From IMG/VR virus record IMGVR_UViG_3300044655_000681: 64,000 bases of DNA; one strand, written 5' to 3'. This DNA is from an uncultured virus (IMG/VR IMGVR_UViG_3300044655_000681) (Duplodnaviria; Heunggongvirae; Uroviricota; Caudoviricetes). Shown piece by piece: positions 56,086-64,000 of this stretch. Within the stretch, counting starts at the first letter, position 1. Each line of letters starts with the position of its first letter. The notes below the pieces were generated by a model, which had not been told where the DNA came from, did no database searches, and saw only the letters and a list, made by a program, of their open reading frames with translations. Position numbers and translations under genes: made by a program.

Positions 56086-56829
56086 TTAAATTTCCTTGTA
56101 AATTTTTAACACCTCCGCAACCGCCGGATGGCGCATAATGTCTCTACTCGCAAATTCTACACCGGCTACGTACTTACTGTGTTGGTACTGTTCAACAAGA
56201 CCCTTAAAGTCTAGTAGACCGTTGTCAAGTTCTTTACGGTCAGCCTGACGTGTATCACCTGTTACCACTATTTTGGATCCATCACCGAGTCGCGTTAGGA
56301 GCATCTTCATCTGTCCAGGAGTGGCGTTTTGCATTTCATCTGCTACTATCCAACTATCCTTAAAAGTGCGACCTCTCATATATGCCAGTGGAGCTATCTC
56401 TATTTGTTGTTCTTCTAGCATACGGGTAATTTCTTTTGGACTCCAGTACTCTGCCATAACATCAAACAGAGGTCTAGTCCACGGTTCCATCTTAGCGTTA
56501 ATATCACCTGGTAGGAAACCATGCTTCTCATCATCCACCCCTACCGCTGGACGAGTTAGTACAATCTTCTTCACCTCCCCTTCTTTATAGGCTTTAATAC
56601 CGGCTAACACGGCTAACATGGTTTTACCCGTACCGGCTGGACCTGTGGCAAAAACAATGCTTTTGTCTTCGTTGGTCAATAAACTAATATATTCTTCTTG
56701 ATTTATACTTTTAGGAATCAGTTGGACTGATTTACGTTGCTGGACATAATTATTAAAACTTAATACGTTCTTATCTTCTGTTGCGAATGCTACTGCGTTG
56801 TTACTGCGTGATCTGCGATGTCTTGACAA
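56086..56829 (-). CDS. phoH: PhoH family ATPase
   Basis: GPAGTGKT, LTRPAV, GFLPG, APLAYMRGRTF, DEMQN, MKMLLTRLG, GDTRQAD; TTG start after AAGGAG. Confidence 0.95.
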   Translation of the reverse strand: MSRHRRSRSNNAVAFATEDKNVLSFNNYVQQRKSVQLIPKSINQEEYISLLTNEDKSIVFATGPAGTGKTMLAVLAGIKAYKEGEVKKIVLTRPAVGVDDEKHGFLPGDINAKMEPWTRPLFDVMAEYWSPKEITRMLEEQQIEIAPLAYMRGRTFKDSWIVADEMQNATPGQMKMLLTRLGDGSKIVVTGDTRQADRKELDNGLLDFKGLVEQYQHSKYVAGVEFASRDIMRHPAVAEVLKIYKEI

Positions 56830-56946
56830 TTGAAGCTCCTTTGAAGTGTTGTACCGATTAAAGGCATCATGTACACAGATATTTAAGAGCAATTTTTTGG
56901 AGGAAAGTGAGTAGTTATATTTTTAAGATCTAGACTAAGTATTAAG

Positions 56947-57462
56947 CTACCTATGCCACTCAGCATAGATTCTATTTCCAGTATCCCATCTAGCAACGGC
57001 CAACCTAAAACCAAACTGTTCTGCAAATTCGGCTTGTTTAGCAATAGTCCACGGATAAAAGTCTATAAGTTTACACTGGTCATTGTTATGATCTGCTAGT
57101 CCCGGATTACAACGCCAGTAGATGCGTGCTTTAGGTTTAAGGGCCCTAACTACTATGTTAATTTGATTTAGTATCGTAGCTTCATTGCCGAAGTTAATAC
57201 TTCCTAAACAAAAGGCTACATCGTAACGCTTAACTGGATTAAAATCTTCTACAGCTATTTTATAATCAGCACTTTCGTTAGCAGGATCTATACCAATTAG
57301 ATCCGGTATTCGTAATTTAAATTCATTAAATCCACAACCAACGTCAATTACCTGCTCACCGGATTTAATTTTATCCACTAAGCTCCACCCCGAATAAGTG
57401 TATTGGTCTAAGTTAGATTGCCAAACTGTTGAAAAATAATTATTAAGGTCTTCTTGTCGCAT
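56947..57462 (-). CDS. Class I SAM-dependent methyltransferase
   Basis: VIDVGCG, GIDP, YDVAFCLGSI. Confidence 0.8.
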   Translation of the reverse strand: MRQEDLNNYFSTVWQSNLDQYTYSGWSLVDKIKSGEQVIDVGCGFNEFKLRIPDLIGIDPANESADYKIAVEDFNPVKRYDVAFCLGSINFGNEATILNQINIVVRALKPKARIYWRCNPGLADHNNDQCKLIDFYPWTIAKQAEFAEQFGFRLAVARWDTGNRIYAEWHR

Positions 57463-57474
57463 ATAATTAATTAT

Positions 57475-58041
57475 ATGACATTACCAAACCACATATTTTT
57501 CACAGGTGTTCCGGGAAGCCGGTGGAGTGGGATTGCACAAGTATTAGAAACAATACCTGGTATGAATACCAGTGACCGTACACCCGAACGTAACTACACC
57601 CACCATACCTATACAGGACACGTGGGGGCATATTTTGGTCGTGGTATGGAGCTTGACGCTATTCCTGAAGCTAGTTATGTAGATCAAGCATGGGCAGAAC
57701 TAGGTGGGTGTAAGTTAGTTAAAAGTCATGATTGGGCATATAAATTAAATGAACTGCCCGGTTGGATCATGCTAGTGTATCGTCCGGACATGAGCAGTTA
57801 TGCTTGGTGGCACGAAGCCGGTGGATTTCAAATCAAATATCCCTGTTATGATGCCTACAAGGATAGTGTGGGTATGTTGAGTGAAATTACAGCACAGAAT
57901 AAAGCCATCTTAGAGTTTGGTATGATAAATAACTGTAAGTGGGAGTATTTCACATCCGGGTGGATTAAAGAAAACTTCAACGCAGACATTAATGTAACTA
58001 ACATCTGGCCAGATATACTAGTTACATTGATTAAAAAATAA
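57475..58041 (+). CDS. Hypothetical protein, P-loop/sulfotransferase-like fold
   Basis: FFTGVPGSRWS, VKSH, LVYRP motifs. Confidence 0.55.
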   Translation: MTLPNHIFFTGVPGSRWSGIAQVLETIPGMNTSDRTPERNYTHHTYTGHVGAYFGRGMELDAIPEASYVDQAWAELGGCKLVKSHDWAYKLNELPGWIMLVYRPDMSSYAWWHEAGGFQIKYPCYDAYKDSVGMLSEITAQNKAILEFGMINNCKWEYFTSGWIKENFNADINVTNIWPDILVTLIKK

Positions 58042-58060
58042 CGTTATTATAGGAAATAAA

Positions 58061-58750
58061 ATGAACTCAAAACAATTTGTTGCTAAACTAGCACAAGATA
58101 ATGAAGCACTATTTCGAGCAAGTGAAATGAACGTTGAAGCATACTTTGCTAGTAACCCTAGCCAAGAAGCACTAGTAGAACACTTTACTGGTCGTATGGT
58201 TAACGAACGTATGAACATGGTTGAAATCTCAGCTAAAGTAGCTAGCGCACCTGCTGATACATCAGTGGAAGACCTAGCATTATTAAGTAAACAAGCATTA
58301 GATGAAGCCAACCATTTCCGTATGGTTAAAGAAGTAATTGAACACATCACAGGCGAGAAAGTTGATGTTGAAGCGGCTATTGCAGCTGAAGCAGCTAAAC
58401 CAACTGCTAAAGGTGCTGCGCTATTAGCTAAGTACGAAGCACAAAACGATCCATTGGCACTTGCGGCTTATCAATTCATTGCTGAAGGTCGTGCAGAACG
58501 TGTATGGAACAAAATGGCTGAATGTATTCAAGACGAATTCATTAGCACAACATACGCTAAGATTGCTAAAGATGAAGGCTTCCACAGCAACATCGGCCGT
58601 CGTAGTTTAGAGTTGTTGGCTACAGATGCTGATACACAAGCACGCATTGAGCAAATTGCTCGCACAATGCGTATGGACTTGTTCGCTGTATCATGTATGA
58701 ATACAACAGCAACGTCAGAAGCTGTAAAATTAATGAACAGTGCTTACTAA
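58061..58750 (+). CDS. Ferritin-like di-iron carboxylate protein
   Basis: E...DEANH ... E ... DEGFH paired ExxH motifs. Confidence 0.78.
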   Translation: MNSKQFVAKLAQDNEALFRASEMNVEAYFASNPSQEALVEHFTGRMVNERMNMVEISAKVASAPADTSVEDLALLSKQALDEANHFRMVKEVIEHITGEKVDVEAAIAAEAAKPTAKGAALLAKYEAQNDPLALAAYQFIAEGRAERVWNKMAECIQDEFISTTYAKIAKDEGFHSNIGRRSLELLATDADTQARIEQIARTMRMDLFAVSCMNTTATSEAVKLMNSAY

Positions 58751-58776
58751 GCATAATTAATTATATAAGTTTCAAA

Positions 58777-58801
58777 CAAAAGGGACTTAGGTCCCTTTTT
58801 T
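58777..58801 (+). terminator. Probable intrinsic terminator
   Basis: AAAAGGGAC-TTAG-GTCCCTTTTT. Confidence 0.75.
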
Positions 58802-58802
58802 A

Positions 58803-59048
58803 ATGACCAGGATTTCAATGAAAGATTATACAAAGATAGTCAAATGGTTTTCAGCAACAATGATCTTATGTGCTATGCCTTTACATATTTTAGGTATCAC
58901 TCCCTGGAACAGTATCTTACAAATCATCGGTGCTTTCGGTTGGGTTTATGTAGGATTTAAATGGAATGAAAAAAGTTTAATTACCAACTTCTTGCCGCAG
59001 ATCTTTATGATCATTGCTGGATTAATTTACTTTGCCTATTACAAATGA
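58803..59048 (+). CDS. Small 3-TM membrane protein (start may be 58818)
   Basis: Three hydrophobic helices; W..VGF.WNE.SL...N. Confidence 0.65.
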   Translation: MTRISMKDYTKIVKWFSATMILCAMPLHILGITPWNSILQIIGAFGWVYVGFKWNEKSLITNFLPQIFMIIAGLIYFAYYK

Positions 59049-59581
59049 AAATAGCAATTACCCAACGACAAACAGTAATCAACGGAATCACGTACGACTG
59101 CCTTGAACAAGGTTGGTACCGTTTATTCTTCGAGCATGAATTAATTATTGTACCAAATTTAGTTCATATAGACTTAGATGTAGATATGCTAGTCTTGTCG
59201 GGTGGAAATCATACAGAAGCACGCCGCAAAACAGAACTTTGGTGTTGTGAACAAGCAGACAGAACTGGTATTCCTATCTTAGGTGTCTGTCATGGGGCAT
59301 TCTTTTTAAACTATGCGTTGGGTGGAATAAATGCGGAAATACACGGCCATCGTAACATTGAACATACCGTCACTATGGAAGGTGAAGAACACACAGTAAA
59401 CAGCTATCATGAACAGTGTATATACGAATTAGGAAAAAATTTAAAACCAGTAGCGTGGACTGACAGTCACACAGAAGCATTCAAACACGTAAACAAACCT
59501 ATATGGGGATTGGTATGGCATCCGGAACGCATGGATGATCCAGTATTGCCCAGTGATTTGAGGAAATTAATTAATGGCTAA
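59045..59581 (+). CDS. Class I glutamine amidotransferase-like (peptidase C26 / gamma-glutamyl hydrolase)
   Basis: LSGG, PILGVCHG (Cys), VNSYH, WHPE (His-Glu). Confidence 0.88.
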   Translation: MKIAITQRQTVINGITYDCLEQGWYRLFFEHELIIVPNLVHIDLDVDMLVLSGGNHTEARRKTELWCCEQADRTGIPILGVCHGAFFLNYALGGINAEIHGHRNIEHTVTMEGEEHTVNSYHEQCIYELGKNLKPVAWTDSHTEAFKHVNKPIWGLVWHPERMDDPVLPSDLRKLING

Positions 59582-60203
59582 GAAGATGTTAATATTGACT
59601 GGTCCGCAAGGGGCCGGTAATCATCTATGGAGTAAAATCTTTAGTCTACATCCGGAAGTCTACGGGTGGAAAACTCTATTAGACAACTATTGGGAAGCAC
59701 ATCGTTTCGCAGAACCGTTTGCCGAATACTGGCGCAATCCTGAGTTACTAAAAGAATTTGATTGGTCGCAAAGTGATTACTATTTTACCAGTATCAGCGT
59801 ACCATTGGGTATAGGTGATGCTAAATGGTCACCTGATATAGAAATGTTTGTTAGGAACTTAATGCGTGTCGGCATACATCCCGAGTTAGTAGTGTGTGGC
59901 AGAGATCAAAATATTCTACACCAACAACAGACTAGGCTACGAGGTGAAAATACAATTCCATTATTAATGTCAGCATTGGAATATACCTTTATAGCTCCAA
60001 AATTTATTAGTTATGAGTTATTACAACTATATAAACAACAATACATCAAAACATTAAATTTTAATATACCTGTTGCTTGGGATGATCTTAGGATTAACGA
60101 ATTTTTAGCAGAAGACAGTAACGCAAAATACGTTAAGTATGTAGAAGAATATTTTTTAGACGAATGTAATCGTACTGGAACAGTACTAAAACAAAAACCA
60201 TGA
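59574..60203 (+). CDS. P-loop/sulfotransferase-like protein (paralogue 1)
   Basis: LILTGPQGAGNHLWS, RD.NI, ISYE. Confidence 0.6.
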   Translation: MAKKMLILTGPQGAGNHLWSKIFSLHPEVYGWKTLLDNYWEAHRFAEPFAEYWRNPELLKEFDWSQSDYYFTSISVPLGIGDAKWSPDIEMFVRNLMRVGIHPELVVCGRDQNILHQQQTRLRGENTIPLLMSALEYTFIAPKFISYELLQLYKQQYIKTLNFNIPVAWDDLRINEFLAEDSNAKYVKYVEEYFLDECNRTGTVLKQKP

Positions 60204-60850
60204 AAACGTTATTAATAATCACAGGGCCGCAGGGCAGTGGCAATCATTTATTCAGTCGTATCTTAAGTACACATAGTAGTGTAGGTGGATGGAAAAGCCT
60301 ACTAGACAAGTATTGGGTTCCTAGCGACGAAGAACCTTTTGCCGAGTTTTGGGTACACCCAGAACGCTTAACAGAAGAACACTTTGATGGGTATGACTAC
60401 TGGTTAGCTAATGTTAGTTGCCCGTTCTTCTTCGACGGCACACGCTATATACCTAAAATACTCGAAGTAGCCAAACAAGCCCGTGGCTTTGGAATTGACG
60501 TTAAGATTGCTATTATCACTCGAGATATGAATATTAACGCAGAACAACAGTTACGTGTACGTAAGGAAATAACTACCCCAATTGCGCAGGATTATTACTA
60601 TAATCATCTCATTCCCAGCGATTTTCCTATACATTTCCTATCAAACGAAGCCTTATTTTTACACCGAGAGCATTACCTAGGTTACGTAGAAAGAACTTTG
60701 AGTTTCCCTATAGACCGCACTAATCCTAATATTTTTAAGTTTTTAGATCAAGATCCTAATGCTAAGTACGTTAAGCATGTAGACGAATATTGGCTGGATC
60801 AAGAAGTATGGCACGGTGTACAAGCAAAGAAAGCTCGCGGAATTGAATAA
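60200..60850 (+). CDS. P-loop/sulfotransferase-like protein (paralogue 2)
   Basis: LIITGPQGSGNHLFS; collinear with the upstream gene (GWK.LLD.YW, EPFAE.W, D.NAKYVK.V.EY.LD). Confidence 0.6.
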   Translation: MKTLLIITGPQGSGNHLFSRILSTHSSVGGWKSLLDKYWVPSDEEPFAEFWVHPERLTEEHFDGYDYWLANVSCPFFFDGTRYIPKILEVAKQARGFGIDVKIAIITRDMNINAEQQLRVRKEITTPIAQDYYYNHLIPSDFPIHFLSNEALFLHREHYLGYVERTLSFPIDRTNPNIFKFLDQDPNAKYVKHVDEYWLDQEVWHGVQAKKARGIE

Positions 60851-60876
60851 ATAACATAAAGAACTAGTGAATTACT

Positions 60877-61407
60877 ATGGCCAAACCACTTAAAGATATT
60901 ATTGAAAACACAAAAGAAATATTCATGACAGACAGTGCTCTGAATAGTCTATTAGACTTTGAGCGTGTATTGGATGAATTAGATCTATACGTATTTGCTA
61001 ACTGGAAACAAGGTGAACTTGTAGAAGGCCCAGTATACGAAAAATATTTCGTGAGTTGTACGTTTATGTGGCCGTATAAACTAATGCCTGACCCGCGCGG
61101 CGGCGAGCGACTATTAGACTACGACTGTGAAGTTTACTATAGTAAAGATACGTTAGAATATCCTGTCAAAGTAGAAAATCCCGACGATTTTGAACCGGGT
61201 ACTAAAATGCCAAAAATGGGCAAAAAGCCTGTGTGGTTAGTAACAGTAGTAATGCCTAAAAAACTAATGCAGGAAATTAATCAAGGTAGCTTAGAGTTAG
61301 AAAGTGCTACGCTTGACATGGAAGATGTCGAACAGGCCTACGAAGAAGGTGACGATAGCTCTACAAATTTTGATCAAGAAGACGTAAATGCGCAACCAAC
61401 AGCTTAA
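60877..61407 (+). CDS. Conserved phage hypothetical protein
   Basis: ATAAATA motif upstream; 176-aa ORF. Confidence 0.7.
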   Translation: MAKPLKDIIENTKEIFMTDSALNSLLDFERVLDELDLYVFANWKQGELVEGPVYEKYFVSCTFMWPYKLMPDPRGGERLLDYDCEVYYSKDTLEYPVKVENPDDFEPGTKMPKMGKKPVWLVTVVMPKKLMQEINQGSLELESATLDMEDVEQAYEEGDDSSTNFDQEDVNAQPTA

Positions 61408-61945
61408 TGAAAATTTAGAAATGGGCGATCTAAAACGCCTAGTACACAATGAACTACACATTGATGAATACAAGTCAAAAATGGGTGGAGATGACGCTGT
61501 GTGCGTAATTAGTTTCAAAGTTTCTGGGAAAGAGCCAGCTGCCGACCTAGTTAGCTTTATCGAAAAAGGCTACGATTGGGTCTTAGATGCTGATGTTAGC
61601 TCAGGTGAGAAAGAGGGCGGCGACTACCTAGTGTTTGTTGAGATAGATCGTAGAACAGATGTACCAAAAGATATTGTACAATTAATCGACGATATCAATA
61701 ACCTAACAGAACAAACGTTAGAAGGGTGGCGTGTTCGTTATCACAAATCAGCGACTGAGCATCCGCTAACAGTTGACGCACTTACAAAAATTATACCGTT
61801 AACTCCAGAAGCATATCGCAAAAAGTTTAACAGTAATCAAGAAGAGTTAGATCAACTCAAAACAGCAGCTGGCGTCGAAGTTACAACTAAAGCACCTAAA
61901 AATGAATACACCGAAAGTTTGAGGGTAGCAGCTGGTATCAGATAA
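61388..61945 (+). CDS. Conserved phage hypothetical protein
   Basis: 185-aa ORF overlapping the previous gene. Confidence 0.7.
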   Translation: MRNQQLNENLEMGDLKRLVHNELHIDEYKSKMGGDDAVCVISFKVSGKEPAADLVSFIEKGYDWVLDADVSSGEKEGGDYLVFVEIDRRTDVPKDIVQLIDDINNLTEQTLEGWRVRYHKSATEHPLTVDALTKIIPLTPEAYRKKFNSNQEELDQLKTAAGVEVTTKAPKNEYTESLRVAAGIR

Positions 61946-61960
61946 CAAAAGGAATCAATA

Positions 61961-62806
61961 ATGCAGATAAGCGCAGCAATAATCAAATCACTATTTCCAA
62001 AATACAAACACCCAGAAGACCTAGCAGAAGTACTTACAGAGCAATTTGAAAAGTACGAGATTAACACAGTTAATCGTGCGGCAGGCTTCCTGGCACAATG
62101 CGGACATGAGTCAGCAGGCTTTACAATTCTCAAAGAAAACTTAAACTACTCAGCAGAGGGTTTAAACAAAATCTTTAAAAAATACTTCCCTACACTAGCA
62201 GACGCAACTCCTTATGCTCGAAATCCACAAAAGATTGCTAATAAAGTATACGGTAATAGAATGGGCAATGGTCCAGAGTCTAGTGGCGATGGATTTAAGT
62301 TCTGTGGTCGTGGCGCTATTCAACTTACGGGTCGCGATAACTATACACAGTTTGCTAAATCAGTAGGATTAACTGTAGAAGAAGCAGTAGCAGACTTAGA
62401 AACCTTAGATGGTGCTATTGAGTCGGCTTGCTGGTTTTGGAAAAAGAATGGCTTAAACGCTATCTGTGATGCAGATGATATTGTTAAAATGACCAAACGT
62501 ATCAACGGTGGTACAATTGGCTTAGAAGACCGTACAAAGCACTACAAAGAAGCTAAACACTTATTAGGTGGTGGACACGTAGCAGAGTCACATGCCGCAC
62601 CTGCTACAGCTACAGAGTACGTAACAGTGCGTGTAGGTAGCAATAACGACACAGTTAAAGCAGTACAAAAGGCTCTAGGACAAACAGCAGATGGCAAGTT
62701 TGGTCCAGGTACAGAGAAAGCAGTTAAAGCATGGCAAACAGCGCACGGGCTAACAGCAGACGGTATTGTTGGTCCAGCAACTATCAAAAAAATGCTAGGA
62801 GAATAA
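61961..62806 (+). CDS. Endolysin: GH19 catalytic domain plus C-terminal peptidoglycan-binding domain
   Basis: FLAQCGHES, ENLNYS, GRGAIQLTGRDNY, TKRINGG; DGKFGPGTEKAVKAWQ...DGIVGPAT. Confidence 0.93.
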   Translation: MQISAAIIKSLFPKYKHPEDLAEVLTEQFEKYEINTVNRAAGFLAQCGHESAGFTILKENLNYSAEGLNKIFKKYFPTLADATPYARNPQKIANKVYGNRMGNGPESSGDGFKFCGRGAIQLTGRDNYTQFAKSVGLTVEEAVADLETLDGAIESACWFWKKNGLNAICDADDIVKMTKRINGGTIGLEDRTKHYKEAKHLLGGGHVAESHAAPATATEYVTVRVGSNNDTVKAVQKALGQTADGKFGPGTEKAVKAWQTAHGLTADGIVGPATIKKMLGE

Positions 62807-62807
62807 C

Positions 62808-63269
62808 ATGTTCTTACTACATTTTTTGCCAGATGGATTCTTACAACTTATTATTAACATTGTACTATTAACAGGCGCTGGCTTAACTGGCATCGGTTTC
62901 TTTCTAGTAGGATTTATCCCTGGTCTGCGCAATTACAAAACTCTAATACAAATTGTTGGTGTTATTCTATTAGTAGTTGGTATCTACTGGAAGGGTGGCT
63001 ATGGTGTTGAAATGGAGTGGCGTGCTAAGGTCGCTGAACTAGAAGCCAAAGTTGCAGCTGCTGAAGTTAAAAGCAAAGAAGTAAACACAATAATAAAAGA
63101 AAAGATCGTTACTAAAACTAAAGTAATACACGATACTAAAGTAATAACCAAGCAGGTTCTTAAAGAAGTTGAGAAGCGTATTGATAGTGAATGTACTATC
63201 TCGCCAGAAGTAATTGACATATTAAATGCCGCGGCACGTAACGAAACTCCAAAAGGAGTACAACAATGA
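62808..63269 (+). CDS. Putative inner-membrane spanin (Rz-like)
   Basis: N-terminal TM segments followed by a coiled coil and a Cys; directly after the endolysin. Confidence 0.65.
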   Translation: MFLLHFLPDGFLQLIINIVLLTGAGLTGIGFFLVGFIPGLRNYKTLIQIVGVILLVVGIYWKGGYGVEMEWRAKVAELEAKVAAAEVKSKEVNTIIKEKIVTKTKVIHDTKVITKQVLKEVEKRIDSECTISPEVIDILNAAARNETPKGVQQ

Positions 63270-63529
63270 GATACTTATTAGTTTTAGCAATATTTTTAGC
63301 TGGGTGCGCAACGACGGTACCAGTTAAACCAAAATGGCCAGAGGTTCCTGCTGATTTAACAACTACCTGCGATAAGTTAGGTGAAGTTAAAGCAGATACT
63401 AAAAAGCTAAGTGAAGTAGTAGGTGTAGTTGTAGACAATTACGCACTGTATCATGAATGTCACGTTAAGGTGGACGGTTGGACTGATTGGTACAATGAAC
63501 AGAAAAAAGTCTACGAAGAAGTTAAATAA
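63266..63529 (+). CDS. Putative outer-membrane spanin lipoprotein (Rz1-like)
   Basis: Lipobox LAGC, Pro-rich segment, two further Cys. Confidence 0.75.
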   Translation: MRYLLVLAIFLAGCATTVPVKPKWPEVPADLTTTCDKLGEVKADTKKLSEVVGVVVDNYALYHECHVKVDGWTDWYNEQKKVYEEVK

Positions 63530-63556
63530 TATTATAATAACACAAGGAGCAAGACA

Positions 63557-63847
63557 ATGACAACTCAAGCAGAAAAGAAATCAGAAGATTGGATGACCAC
63601 AAAATGGCGTCCGTTAATGGCTGTAACATATATGGCTACTATCTGGTTTGATTTTATTTTAGGACCGATCCTATTCAACATACTACAATACTGGAATCCA
63701 GGACAAGCAATTGGCATGTGGGTACCGTTGACCTTACAAGGTGGTGGTTTATACCATATCTCCATGGGTGCTATTTTAGGTATCGCAGCTTGGACACGCG
63801 GTAAAGAAAAAGTAGCAAGCATTGAAGCAGGTGAAGCGGGAAAGTAA
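63557..63847 (+). CDS. Putative holin (GTA 3TM holin-like)
   Basis: KWRP.MA..Y, TM helices, GAILGIAAWTRG.EK; in the lysis cassette. Confidence 0.7.
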   Translation: MTTQAEKKSEDWMTTKWRPLMAVTYMATIWFDFILGPILFNILQYWNPGQAIGMWVPLTLQGGGLYHISMGAILGIAAWTRGKEKVASIEAGEAGK

Positions 63848-64000
63848 CAGGGTTTGAGGACACCCCCGTAACAAGTCCTTCAGAGCCTGTTTGGTTAAGC
63901 CAAAGCGCACCAGAGGATAACGTACCTGTAGCAGCAGATCAACCAGCAGTGGTTAACGACCCAGAAGTTGCTAAAGGTTATGCTGAAGCTATTTCAGGCT
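63838..64000 (+). other. Candidate -1 programmed frameshift site (G GGA AAG, 63838-63844) and -1 frame extension running off the window end
   Basis: Slippery heptamer in the last two holin codons; stem-loop 63846-63891; -1 frame open from 63835 to the end with no ATG. Confidence 0.65.

Overview
This 64 kb window comes from a large, AT-rich, T4-like or jumbo-type lytic phage genome read with the standard genetic code. It carries tail fibre and baseplate-like structural genes, DNA ligase, a clamp-loader subunit, a GH19 endolysin/spanin/holin lysis cassette, many sigma70-consensus early promoters and (A)TAAATA late-type promoters. It also has many host-like auxiliary genes: phosphate porin, ahpC, CHASE2 cyclase, uvsE, clpP, dksA/traR, groES/groEL, infA, erpA, phoH and modification enzymes. 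Three notable features are missing from the ORF track. (1) A phage-encoded pqqA (PQQ precursor peptide MWTKPAATEMRFGFEITMYVMNK) is split by a 244-nt ORF-less group I intron inserted in the codon just before the Glu of the ExxxY motif, with a free-standing HNH endonuclease convergent beside it. (2) A circularly permuted two-piece tmRNA gene encodes an unusually long tag of about 28 aa ending in ALAA. (3) A G_GGA_AAG slippery site and a stem-loop at the end of the holin gene open a start-less -1 frame, suggesting a programmed frameshift that extends the holin. The PqqA sequence suggests a methylotrophic betaproteobacterial host (inference). Family assignments come from motif recognition only; no database searches were run.
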